Positions 47,999 to 57,322 of a stretch of DNA of 64,000 nt are shown here, piece by piece. Each line of letters starts with the position of its first letter. The stretch's first letter is position 1. Source of the stretch: Gemmatimonadota bacterium (GTDB lineage: Bacteria > Gemmatimonadota > Gemmatimonadetes > Palauibacterales > Palauibacteraceae); assembly GCA_046758745.1 (NCBI GenBank), contig JBHIAV010000009.1, forward strand, positions 12,562 through 76,561, given 5' to 3'. Under the pieces are notes generated by a model, which saw nothing but the letters and a program-made list of their open reading frames with translations, ran no database searches and was not told the DNA's origin. The translations under genes and the position numbers were made by a program.

Positions 47999-49066
47999 TC
48001 AGAGACAGGGCGCAGCGGCCGGAATACGGAGGCAGACCTTCCGCGCCTCCCTCTCCAGGAAATCCACCAGTCGCTCGAAGGGATCGAACCCCACCACGCG
48101 CCGTGCATCGGTCACGAAGTTGGAAAGGGCGTTGATGTCGTAATAGCTGACCCCGCCGTCCCGATCGTCCACCAGGAACTCGACGCCGCCCACCTCGATG
48201 TTCGCGGCCGCAGCGATTCGCTTCACGGCTGAGATCACCGCCTCCGGGGGGCGGCACGCCTCCACACGCGCAGCAAAGCCCGGCGGGACGGAGGAGGCCT
48301 CTCCCTTTGCGCGATCGGTCTCGGCGACAGCTCCCGGGCCACTCTCGACCACGGTCACCGAGCCGGCCCCGGCGACGGCTTCCGGGCCGGCGTCCGGGAC
48401 CGGATGGCAGATGTCCGCCGGGCAGAGGTTGAAGCCCTCTTCGGGGGGATAGACCCTGATGGCGTAGAGAAACTCCCCGTCGAGAAGCTCGACCCGGGTG
48501 ATGTAGCCTCCTCGGGCCGGAAGGAACTCCTGCACCAGCCCCGTGCGGTCCGGCCCGAGGTCCAGGCCTCCGTCGCCCGCGGCTTCCCGGAGGGACTCCA
48601 CATCCTCGAAGCGGGCGATGCGGGCCCCGCTTCCACCGATGTTCGGCTTCACCACCACCGGAAAACGCAGCCCCGACGCGGCAACGGGAGCCTCGTAGGG
48701 CGAGTTGATCACCCGGGTGCGCGGATACGGCAGGCCGAGCGAGTCGAGGAGAGCGACTTGCCTGGCCTTCGAAATCTCCACCCGGAATGCCTCGAGGCCG
48801 TTTATCACACGGACCCCCCGTCGCTCGAGATGCTCCAGATAGGCGAGCGTGTAGAAGATCGCGTGACCGCTCCCCCTGAGATACGCGGACGGGCTCATCC
48901 GATTGAGGAGAACGGAGTAGTCGGCGTCGCCTTCCGCCGGATCGAAGCGGTGGCTCCTCGCATCGATCGGCACGTACGGCGTGCCGCGTCGATCGAGTGC
49001 CGTGAAGAGCGGCCGAAACCACTCGGAATGCTCGTAATAGATCGCGATCGGTAGCATCTGCCTCAC
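47999..49066 (-). CDS. ATP-grasp ligase (RimK/glutathione synthetase-like)
   Basis: IYYEHSEWF, NRMSPSAYLRG, FPVVVKPNIGGSG, LVQEF, FNLCPADIC, GGVEFL, YDINALSNFV. Start GTG 49066 or ATG 49057. Confidence 0.9.
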   Translation of the reverse strand: MRQMLPIAIYYEHSEWFRPLFTALDRRGTPYVPIDARSHRFDPAEGDADYSVLLNRMSPSAYLRGSGHAIFYTLAYLEHLERRGVRVINGLEAFRVEISKARQVALLDSLGLPYPRTRVINSPYEAPVAASGLRFPVVVKPNIGGSGARIARFEDVESLREAAGDGGLDLGPDRTGLVQEFLPARGGYITRVELLDGEFLYAIRVYPPEEGFNLCPADICHPVPDAGPEAVAGAGSVTVVESGPGAVAETDRAKGEASSVPPGFAARVEACRPPEAVISAVKRIAAAANIEVGGVEFLVDDRDGGVSYYDINALSNFVTDARRVVGFDPFERLVDFLEREARKVCLRIPAAAPCL

Positions 49067-49123
49067 CTTCGAAAGCGCTTGGGAGGACGGCGCACTCGGT
49101 CCGTCATCCTCGGCACAACCCCC

Positions 49124-49151
49124 AACAAAAAACCGCTCATTCGAGCGGTTT
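49124..49151 (-). terminator. Intrinsic terminator in the leader of the ATP-grasp gene (putative attenuator)
   Basis: Minus strand reads AAACCGCTC-GAAT-GAGCGG-TTTTTTGTT: a perfect stem followed by a U-tract, 58 nt upstream of the gene start. Confidence 0.88.
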
Positions 49152-49180
49152 CGGGTCGGTGCGATCGGAACGTGTAACTT

Positions 49181-49357
49181 CTACGTGACTCCTTCGGGCC
49201 GGCTCGAAGCCGCACAGGCGCTGGGGCGACAGCAACACCAGCCACAGCAGTGGCCGCCCCGGCACCCGTCGACGGCCAGGCACAGCTGTCCCGGCCACGT
49301 CATTGCGAGCCCGTGACGGCCCATCATCAGCGGCCTCCGCAGCGGATCAGAAACCAT
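49181..49357 (-). CDS. Putative Cys-rich leader peptide
   Basis: MVSDPLRRPLMMGRHGLAMTWPGQLCLAVDGCRGGHCCGWCCCRPSACAASSRPEGVT*; 8 Cys in 23 codons; in-frame ATGs at 49357, 49327, 49324 and 49303. Confidence 0.65.
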   Translation of the reverse strand: MVSDPLRRPLMMGRHGLAMTWPGQLCLAVDGCRGGHCCGWCCCRPSACAASSRPEGVT

Positions 49358-49637
49358 GTCGGTACCACCCCCTGCAGGGGAAGACGCAAAGCCCGCCAAA
49401 CAATCTAGTACGGGGGCAGCCGGGTCGCACCCCGCTGTGGCTGCGGGCCGTCTGGCCGGCCTCCCGGTTCCGCCCCAGCGGTTGACAGGCTCCTGCGGGT
49501 GCGCCCGGTGCATGGCTGTCTCCGGGACACGACCCGCCGCCCTGCTTCTTGAATTCGCGCTGTTTTTTCGCTGCGCACGACATTTTCTAGCGACGAGAGT
49601 CGGGCGCGCTGCGACGATTCCCTTCCGCAACGCGAAT

Positions 49638-49662
49638 TAACGCGGCTTATCGCCAGCACTTA
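49638..49662. promoter_or_regulatory. TAA-N19-TTA site upstream of TadG paralog 2
   Basis: TAACGCGGCTTATCGCCAGCACTTA followed by CGAGAT, similar to the flp copy, which reads GTTACGATAT on the minus strand. Confidence 0.5.
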
Positions 49663-49688
49663 CGAGATCGGCGTTTCTCCAGAAAGTC

Positions 49689-49703
49689 AGGCACTCCAGT
49701 TGC
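49689..49703 (+). promoter_or_regulatory. Sigma54 (-24/-12) promoter candidate for TadG paralog 2
   Basis: AGGCACTCCAGTTGC versus consensus TGGCAC-N5-TTGC (one mismatch), about 120 nt upstream of the ATG. Confidence 0.6.
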
Positions 49704-49822
49704 GGCCAAAGCCGGACGCCAGCAGTCGCACGCACACCAGCCCTGCGGGGGCCCACCTGGCTGGAGGCCGCAAACGGCGCACGATGGCGGGATGCAGGGC
49801 GTTCTCTCCCGGAGGCAGATCG

Positions 49823-50986
49823 ATGATCAGGAACCTGAAGAGGCTGGTCTCCGACGAACGAGGAGCCGTCCTCCTGCTGGTGGCCGGCAGCATGATGGCG
49901 CTGCTCTCCGTGGTGGCCTTGGCAGTGGATTTCGGCATGCTGACCGTCGCTCGAACCGAAGCGCAGCGCGTGGCCGACCTGTCGGCCCTCGCCGGGGCGG
50001 GGGGACTGCTTCAGTCACCGGGAAACGAGCCCCTGGCTCGCGCACTTGCCGTCGACTACGCCTTGCGCAATGACATCCGACACAACGAGGCGATCGTGCA
50101 GCCGACCGACGTCGAGGTCGACCTGGTCAATGATCGGGTGACGGTCACAGTGTATCGCACGATCGAGCGGGGCAACCCCGTCAACACCTTCTTCGCACGC
50201 GTGTTCGGGGTGAACGGCGTGAGCATCGCCGCGCGAGCCACCGCCGAAGCGAGCCCGGCCGGGGGAGTGAACTGTCTCCTGCCGCTCGCCCTCCCGGATC
50301 GCTGGTTCGAGGCGGGGGGACCGGGCAACGACCCCGACGACTATAACGCCGACCACGGCGACTACTACGTCCCGTGGGATCCGGCCGCGCCGAGCGCGCC
50401 GTACACCGGATACAGCGAAGCCGATGTCGGGGTGCGGATCATGATCAAGGCCAATACGGGGCCCGGCAGCATGAACCCGAGCTGGTACTTTCCGTGGGCT
50501 CCCCCCGATCCGGACTCGACGGATCCCGCCGGCGTGAGGGGCGCGGAGCTCTACTCGCTGCGGATCAGCGGATGCATCGCGACCGACAAGGGCTACGTGT
50601 TCGGGCCGGGCTCCGTCGTCGACACGGAGCCCGGCAGCATGACGGGACCGACCAAGGCGGGCTTCCAGAGGCTCATCGCGAAAGATCCGAACGCGGCGTG
50701 GAACACGGGCATGAATTGCGTCACGGACGCGCTGTACCAGTTGAGCAACGATCCGACCTACTGCCGCGGGAGCGCCCGGGTCCGCGCGATGCCCATGTTC
50801 AACCCTACCGAGGAGCCGGATCCCGGTAGAAAGCCCTTCACCTTCACGAACTTCGTCGGCGTGTTCGTCGAGGAGATCGAGGGGAACAAGATCTACGCGC
50901 GGTTCACCGGCTACACGGGCGTCACGTTCGGTGGAACGGGTTCGCCCTCCGCCGCGCTGTTCAAGAAGCTGCAGCTCATCGACTAG
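49823..50986 (+). CDS. TadG-like pilus assembly protein, paralog 2
   Basis: DERGAVLLLVAGSMMALLSVVALAVDFGMLTVARTEAQRVADLSALAGA; visibly homologous to 10694-11845 over its whole length; GGAGG RBS. Confidence 0.87.
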   Translation: MIRNLKRLVSDERGAVLLLVAGSMMALLSVVALAVDFGMLTVARTEAQRVADLSALAGAGGLLQSPGNEPLARALAVDYALRNDIRHNEAIVQPTDVEVDLVNDRVTVTVYRTIERGNPVNTFFARVFGVNGVSIAARATAEASPAGGVNCLLPLALPDRWFEAGGPGNDPDDYNADHGDYYVPWDPAAPSAPYTGYSEADVGVRIMIKANTGPGSMNPSWYFPWAPPDPDSTDPAGVRGAELYSLRISGCIATDKGYVFGPGSVVDTEPGSMTGPTKAGFQRLIAKDPNAAWNTGMNCVTDALYQLSNDPTYCRGSARVRAMPMFNPTEEPDPGRKPFTFTNFVGVFVEEIEGNKIYARFTGYTGVTFGGTGSPSAALFKKLQLID

Positions 50987-51443
50987 CCGCGGAAAGCCCG
51001 AGCGGCGCATAGGACGCCGGAGCCTCAGCGGGAAGCTGAAGGGGAGTCGGCCCTAACTCGCCGCTCGGCCGCCGGCCCACCCCCACCGCAGGCCGCTGTA
51101 GAGGAAGGGAACGCCGCCCGCTGCGCATGTGTTTATCCTCAGGGAGGGACAGGTATCACGCCGGCGGAGGCGAGACTCCAGGTGGACCGCCAGCGGTCAT
51201 CACCCCCAGGCAGCGGAAGAGGCGGGAGCTGCCGGGCCTCTCTCCAGGCCGCCGTGCCCAACAGCTCACAAACACCTCGAGTGACCAGCAGAAACCACAC
51301 CCCTGCCGCTCAGCCGCTACGAAGGCGCCGGGACGCAGAACCCTGCGGATTCTCGTGACACTCTGGGATGCTCTGACTCCCTGCTTCATGCCAGAAGACG
51401 GCTGCGACGATCGGAAGGACCCGAACCAAGGAGGGAGAGTTCC

Positions 51444-52064
51444 ATGACGCTGCGGCAGAACGTGGACATCGAGAGGCTAGAAGGTTTTCGGACGTTTCTG
51501 CGGGACAACCCCGAGAAAGGGAAGCTGAGCCTGGAGGCCAGAGCGATCTACGAAGGACAAGCCGGCCGGAGCACGGTTCACGTCGGCCCCTTCGCGATCG
51601 ATGACAACCGGGTGGATCGGGAGACCCGGCATTATACCTTCCCCTTCGGCGCTTGGCGGGAAGTCGAGGAGCTGACCGGTATGGCCGGACCCACCGACCG
51701 AATGGAGCCCGTCGAGATGGCGCTGGCTGCCACGGCCGCCTGTCTTGTCAACGCCATAAGCTACAACGCGGCCCGACTGGGCATCGCCGCCGACGGTCTG
51801 GAAGTTACGGTGAAGTCCACCGTTGATCCGCGAGTCCTCTTCGCCATAAAGGGACCGGAAGCGCACAAGGCCTGCCTGGGAGGCCTGCAGTACGAGGTCA
51901 AGGTCACCGGAGACGTTAGCGACGAGGAGATCGAGACCATCCGACGGCTCTGCGAACACTCCCCGGTCCACGGCATGATCGCGGAGGCGATCAGTATCTC
52001 CGGGAAGGTGACGAGGGCCGAGTCGGCACTCGCGTCCTCCACTGTCGGAGCTGCGGTCGAGTAA
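51444..52064 (+). CDS. OsmC family protein
   Basis: PVEMALAATAACL, AARLGI, LEV, IRRLCEHSPV; GGAGGG RBS. Confidence 0.85.
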   Translation: MTLRQNVDIERLEGFRTFLRDNPEKGKLSLEARAIYEGQAGRSTVHVGPFAIDDNRVDRETRHYTFPFGAWREVEELTGMAGPTDRMEPVEMALAATAACLVNAISYNAARLGIAADGLEVTVKSTVDPRVLFAIKGPEAHKACLGGLQYEVKVTGDVSDEEIETIRRLCEHSPVHGMIAEAISISGKVTRAESALASSTVGAAVE

Positions 52065-52170
52065 GCCTGGTCGAGGGTGGGAGGCACGGCTGGTTTCGAG
52101 CGGTCCGAGCCATGTACGAGCGTGAGCGCCGCCTAGGAGCGTGTCCCCGTAATGGCGACTGACGAGGGTC

Positions 52171-52920
52171 CTAGCGATGCTCGGGATTCGGATAATCGAA
52201 GCGACAGCCCGCCTCCCACTTCGACCGCTGGTTTCCGTGCGGCGGGATCCCCCCCGCATCCTGGATCATTCGAGCGAGGTGCATGAGATTCCAGGTCATG
52301 AAGGTGGTGTTCCGGTTCGTGAACTCGTTCTCCGGCCCGCCAGATCCCGGATCCAGATACGAAGGTCCGGGCCCCGCCTCTCCAATCCAACCGGCATCGG
52401 CTTGAGGCGGGATGACGTAGCCCAGGTGCTGGAGTGAGTAGAGGATGTTCATGGAGCAGTGCTTCACGCCGTCCTCGTTCCCCGTTATCAGGCATCCGCC
52501 CACCTTGCCGTAGTAGGCGTACTGGCCGTTCTCGTTCAGATCCGCTGAGGTCGAATACAGTCGCTCGACCACCTTCGTGCACACCGAGGACTTCTCCCCG
52601 AGCCAGATGGGCGACGTGATGACAAGGATCTGGGCCGCCTTGACCTTCTCGTAGATCCAAGGCCACTCGTCTCGCTCCCAACCATGCTCGCTCATGTCGG
52701 GATACACTCCGAATGCAATGTCATAGTCGACGGGTCGCAGCACCTCCACGGAGATGCCGTTCTTTTCCATGATGGCCTTGGAGATGTCTATCAGCCCCTG
52801 CGTATGCGAAAGCTGTGGTGTTCTCTTCAGGGTACAGTTGAGGAACAGGGCTCGCAGATCAGAAAAGTCCCAAATGCTGGTAGCGCACAGCCCAAGCTGC
52901 CTTTCATTTAGTTGCGGCAT
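52171..52920 (-). CDS. Flavodoxin family / NADPH-dependent FMN reductase-like protein
   Basis: FLNCTLKR, SHTQGL, ITSPIWLGEKSSVC, VERL, ITGNEDGVKH, PPQAD, FTNRNTTFMTWNL. Confidence 0.92.
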   Translation of the reverse strand: MPQLNERQLGLCATSIWDFSDLRALFLNCTLKRTPQLSHTQGLIDISKAIMEKNGISVEVLRPVDYDIAFGVYPDMSEHGWERDEWPWIYEKVKAAQILVITSPIWLGEKSSVCTKVVERLYSTSADLNENGQYAYYGKVGGCLITGNEDGVKHCSMNILYSLQHLGYVIPPQADAGWIGEAGPGPSYLDPGSGGPENEFTNRNTTFMTWNLMHLARMIQDAGGIPPHGNQRSKWEAGCRFDYPNPEHR

Positions 52921-52951
52921 GGCTCCTCATCTTCGCTCGAGTCATCAACCA

Positions 52952-55234
52952 TCACCCCAGGGCCCGCTTCAGCAGCGATCGGACCTTGCCCTCGTACTGC
53001 TTGACGACGAGCACTGAGCTCGGCGAATAGCGGGCAACCTTCTCCGGGATCTCGCCGAACAGCACTTTCTTGAACAGCGGCTCCTTGGCAGCGCCCAACA
53101 CCACCAGGTCGAAGTCTCGGCTGGCCAGCGCGATCCCTCCAGCCACCGACTTGGATTCCATCACCATCTTCTCGACCTCCATCGGCTCACCAAAGCGGGA
53201 CAGCGTCTCATCCAGCCACCGCTCCCCCTCGGCCCGCTTCTCCGGAGTTGCGTCCGGGCTCACCACATAGAGCCCGGCAACACCCAGGGAACGGTCCCTG
53301 GCGATCAGGCCGAGGAATTCCGCTGCGAGCCGCGCGTGCGGCCCTCCCGCGCTGGGGAACAGAACGCGCTCGAAGCGGGGCTTGGGCCCGAGCTTCAGAA
53401 GCATGAGATCGCACGGGGCGTGTCGGATCACCTGGTCGGCCACTTCACCGAAGATGCGCTCCCGGGTGTTCGTGTAGCCCTTCCAGCCCATCATCAACAG
53501 ATCGGCTTGGTGCCGTCGCGCTGCTTCCAGGATCCCATCGTAGACGTGGTGCGCGATGACCAGGTCGGTATCGAGATGTATTCGGTGCGTGGATGCGTAT
53601 TCCCGGGCCAGCTTGAACAACGGCTCCTTGTGATGGCCGAACCGCAGACCCTCGTGGATGGGGAGCTGTCGTGGCACCTCCACGACGGCCAGGGCGATGA
53701 TCCGGCCGCCCCGAGCACGGGCGATCGGAGCCACGAAGTCGAGCAGGGAGTGCACGGTATCCGGATTGTACACCGGAACGACGATCCTGTAAGAGCTTGT
53801 CGGGGCGACCGCTGGACGCCCGGGGACCAGCACCTGAGGCAGCTCGGCGGCCGCCTGCTTCTCGAAGTGCGCGAAATAGATCAGGAGGCCGAAGACGATC
53901 CAGCCCACCGTCACGAACCAGGCGATCGGCTGGAACTTGAACTGGTACACGGCGAGAAAGACGTTGAGCCCGACGCCCAGGACCGGCACGAACGGGTAGA
54001 GAGGCACCCGATAACGCCGCTTGATCTCCGGAGCCTTACGCCGAAGCACGATCACCGAGAGGTTCACGAGGGCGAAGGTCAGCAGGAAGATGAGGCTCGC
54101 GGCCGAGCCCACCGCCTCGATCGGGAGGGACAGCGCCATGCCCAGCAGGATCACCCCGGTGACGACGATCGCCACGTGCGGGGTCCGGCGGCTGGGATGG
54201 ATCTTCGACACCGCTTCGGGCAACAGGAGATCACGCCCCATCGAGAAGGCGACCCGGGAGGCGGCCATGACGGTCGCGTTGAGGGCCGACATGGTGGAGA
54301 GGAGACCGCCGAACACGATCACCGCCACTCCGAAGGCGGGCATGAAGTCCTCCGCCGCCCGCACGATCGCCGTCTCCTTGTACTTGCCGAGGAACTGCCA
54401 GGTGGGCTCCCCTTCCGCGCTCACCGCCCCGAGCGCGACGAAGAGGATGAGCAAGTACATGGTCACGGTGATCGCGAGGGCGATGAAGGTGGCCCGCGGG
54501 ATGTTCTTCTCGGGATCCTTGATCTCCTCGGCGACGGTGGCGATGAGGTCGTAGCCCTCGAAGGCGATGAAGGTGAGCCCCATGGCCACGAGCACCCCAC
54601 CTGTCCCAAGCGGGAAGAACGGCGTGAAGTTCTCCGTCGCCTGGGCGGGGTCCGCGAAGACCTTCTTCAGTCCGTAGAAGATGAAGATGGTGAGCACGGC
54701 GATCTTGGACAGCGTGAGGACGTTCTCGGTCTGTCCCGTCACCTCGGCGCCCCGGGCGTTCAGCCGGATGAAGACCGAGCCGACGAGAACGGTTACGATC
54801 AACACCGCCGCGTGCTCACCCACCAGGCCGAATGCGCCCCCCGCGAACCCCGGCAGGTATTTCAGGAAGAACTCCCAGAAGTACCCCGCGAAACCGAGGG
54901 CGTAGAGGCTGCAAGCGACCGTGTACGCGAACCAGAGCATCCAGCCCGCTGTGAAGCCGAGGGCCCCCGGGAAGGCGAGGCGCACGAACGAGTAGCCTCC
55001 CCCCGCCCGCGGGATGGCCGAGGCCAGCTCCGCGTAGGCAAACGCGGTGAGGAGCGTGACGGCGCCGTTGAGGGCGAATGCCAGGATCGAGGCGGGGCCC
55101 GACTCGCCCGCCGCGATGCCCGTGAGGACGAAGATCCCCGCCCCGATCATCGCACCGACCCCGATCATCGTTGCGTCGAACAGGCCCAGGTCGCGGGCCA
55201 GGGTCGCTTCGGACGTGTGGGCGCTATCGGGCAT
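52952..55234 (-). CDS. APC amino acid permease with two C-terminal universal stress protein (Usp) domains
   Basis: GAMIGAGIFVLTG, AELASAIPRAGGGY, FIAFEGY, EEIKDPEKNIP; DLLMMGW...IFGEVADQVIRHAPCD; DLVVLGA...LFGEIPEKVA. Confidence 0.93.
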   Translation of the reverse strand: MPDSAHTSEATLARDLGLFDATMIGVGAMIGAGIFVLTGIAAGESGPASILAFALNGAVTLLTAFAYAELASAIPRAGGGYSFVRLAFPGALGFTAGWMLWFAYTVACSLYALGFAGYFWEFFLKYLPGFAGGAFGLVGEHAAVLIVTVLVGSVFIRLNARGAEVTGQTENVLTLSKIAVLTIFIFYGLKKVFADPAQATENFTPFFPLGTGGVLVAMGLTFIAFEGYDLIATVAEEIKDPEKNIPRATFIALAITVTMYLLILFVALGAVSAEGEPTWQFLGKYKETAIVRAAEDFMPAFGVAVIVFGGLLSTMSALNATVMAASRVAFSMGRDLLLPEAVSKIHPSRRTPHVAIVVTGVILLGMALSLPIEAVGSAASLIFLLTFALVNLSVIVLRRKAPEIKRRYRVPLYPFVPVLGVGLNVFLAVYQFKFQPIAWFVTVGWIVFGLLIYFAHFEKQAAAELPQVLVPGRPAVAPTSSYRIVVPVYNPDTVHSLLDFVAPIARARGGRIIALAVVEVPRQLPIHEGLRFGHHKEPLFKLAREYASTHRIHLDTDLVIAHHVYDGILEAARRHQADLLMMGWKGYTNTRERIFGEVADQVIRHAPCDLMLLKLGPKPRFERVLFPSAGGPHARLAAEFLGLIARDRSLGVAGLYVVSPDATPEKRAEGERWLDETLSRFGEPMEVEKMVMESKSVAGGIALASRDFDLVVLGAAKEPLFKKVLFGEIPEKVARYSPSSVLVVKQYEGKVRSLLKRALG

Positions 55235-55613
55235 CGGTTTCAGGCCCCGAGGGGTCCGGGGGCTCCCGGCCGTTCCGCTGGTTCGCGCGTGATCGCCGCT
55301 AGGGGGGAACGCCTTCCCCGGACGGAGAAGGCCAACAAGCTATGAGGCGTTGCGCTCGGGGCAACACCCGAGACCGATCAAGAAAGCGGTCCGTCAGCAT
55401 CACCTGGCGTTGGTGAGCGTTGTCACTGTCTCTGGTACTGACTGCGAAGGGCTCCTCGGCCGGCCGCCGGTCGGCGCGGGTGCTGGAGCCCGGGGCCAAC
55501 GCCGCCTGTACTGCCTGCGCACCGGCTGGCGAGCAGATCCGGCACGAGACCGATGAGCACGAAGGGGGTTGGCGATCTCTTCGCCGCAGCCGATGCAGCC
55601 AAGGGTGACGGCC

Positions 55614-55808
55614 TTACGCGAAGAACTCCATGACTAGGACTAGGACGAGAGCCCCCACCCCCCGCGAACACGACTTCTCCATGGCCCCCGCAGGGAGGTA
55701 TTTCCCCACTCGGCTTCCGATGGTGCTCCCGATCAAGACGCCTGGGATGCTCCAGCCCACAACATGCCACGCCGGTTGTGCTGAGAGGGCGTGTATCCCA
55801 GCCCCCAC
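55614..55808 (-). pseudogene. C-terminal fragment of a TauE/SafE-type sulfite exporter
   Basis: GAGIH...WSIPGVLIGSTIGSRVGKYLP...MEK, then disrupted; no N-terminal part. Confidence 0.55.
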
Positions 55809-55889
55809 GGGATAGCCTCGGAAGACGCTACCCCCTACGCGGAGGGGCAGCTCCCGAAGGAACCGTCCCGGTCGACCCTAGTCACCGCC

Positions 55890-56723
55890 TCAACTCGGCA
55901 GGTTCAATCGCCGCAGGAAATCCTGAAACCGCGGGTCGTCCCGCGGAGGCACGAGCACAGGATCGACCGCGAGCCAGGGTACCCAGGCGTGGTGCGGTTC
56001 GTAGTCCAGCCAGCGAAACGCCCCATCGTTCTCTCCCAGGGCGGTGTATAGCACCACCCGACCGAGAGCGCTGAACGGGCTCGCTTCCTCCTTTTCCAAC
56101 TCGTCGCGGATCTTCCGCGCCTCATCCCTCCGGCCCGCCACCGCTTAGCTACGCCCGAGAGCCCACTTCCAGAGGGGGTTGATCGCCACCGCCTTTTCGT
56201 GCGCCGCTATGGCCTCCTCGTGCATTCCTTTCAGCGAGTAGGCCACTCCCAGGGTGAGAAACCCCCACGAGTCATTGGGATTCAGTTCGAGCGCCTTCCG
56301 CGCTTCGTTCAGCGCCACGTCGTATTGGCCTACATACAGGTACAACCATCCCAAACTCGCCGACAGAGAGGACGTTAGCGGATCCAGCTCCTGAGCTCGC
56401 TCGTGCTCGACAATGGCTTCATCCAGACGCCCGACCAGAGCGAGATACCACGCGTAGTGGAAGTGATTCATGGCCAGACTGGGGTTCAGCTCGTTGGCCC
56501 ACCGGAACGCCTGCTCGGCACCCGCCCAGTCCCACTCGTAGTAGAGCTTGATATCCGCCAGGGCAGCGTGAGCCTCGGCCAGCGTCGAGTCCAGCTTCAG
56601 CGCTCTCTCCGCCGCCGCCCGGGCCCTCGCCCAGGTGTCCGGCGTCTGCGCAGGACCGTGCCCTACAGTCACGTAGCCGAGTGCCAGTCCGGCATTCGCC
56701 ATCGGATCCGCGGCGAGCGTCAC
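55890..56723 (-). pseudogene. TPR protein C-terminal fragment with in-frame premature stop
   Basis: ALKLDSTLAEAHAALA...YEWDWAGAE TPRs; TAA at 56147-56145, then the same frame continues AVAGRRDEA...LAVDPVLVPPRDDPRFQDFLRRL. Confidence 0.8.
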
Positions 56724-56781
56724 CCTCCGTGGGCGGGCCCGGAGCGGGCGCCGCGCGGCGGGGACGTGGCGCCCGCTGGGT

Positions 56782-57010
56782 CTACGAGGACGAGCCGGGA
56801 GATCGGCTCCCCTCGAAGGCCCCCGCGTCGCACCAGAGCCGGCCCGGCGCGAGCCTCAACTCCCCGGCTCCACCGGTCACGATCGTCTCGTTCCCCAGGG
56901 CCCGTCGAAGCACGAACACCGCCTGGTTCAGCCCGATCCTCGCCCGGTCCTCGGTCGCCTCCGGCCAGAAGAGGCCCAGCAGCGTGTCCCACCCGGGGCG
57001 TGGCAAGGGC
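56782..57010 (-). pseudogene. Fragment of SARP/BTAD (AfsR-type) regulator N-terminus
   Basis: DTLLGLFWPEATEDRARIGLNQAVFVLRRALG...LWCDAGAFE, truncated on both sides. Confidence 0.7.
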
Positions 57011-57265
57011 CAGGTAGGCGAGGAGCGCCGTGCCTTTGGGCTGGGAGAGCGCCGGCCAACTGGAACGGCCAAGGCGACGGCGACAGTGAGGAATAGCATG
57101 CGAAGCATGGAACGCGATAGGAGCGGCCAGCTGAACCTCACCAGGGCGCTCCCGTTGTCACCTCGACCCGACGCAAGCTCGTTACGGATCAGCTTCTGCG
57201 CCAGCGTCCTCAGCCCCTCCGCCTCCGGCTCCAGGTCCCTGGCCGACAGTAGCAGCTCCCTGCCA

Positions 57266-57322
57266 GGCGACCTGTGGATCTACGAGGACGAGTTCAGGAG
57301 TGTGGTGTGGGGCGGCAAAGTG
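57266..57322 (+). repeat. 57-bp direct repeat, copy 1
   Basis: GGCGACCTGTGGATCTACGAGGACGAG...; 51/57 identical to 61006-61062, first 27 nt exact. Confidence 0.9.

Noticed and set aside
49181-49357. Cys-rich peptide as a RiPP (graspetide) precursor for the ATP-grasp ligase
   Set aside because: It lacks the Asp/Glu acceptor and Thr/Ser/Lys donor core pattern of graspetides, and no transporter or protease is adjacent. The terminator/antiterminator geometry favours attenuation. Not fully excluded.
55345-55600. Sodium:calcium antiporter relic (SVPETVTTL...FLIGL)
   Set aside because: Too short and interrupted by stops to support by eye.
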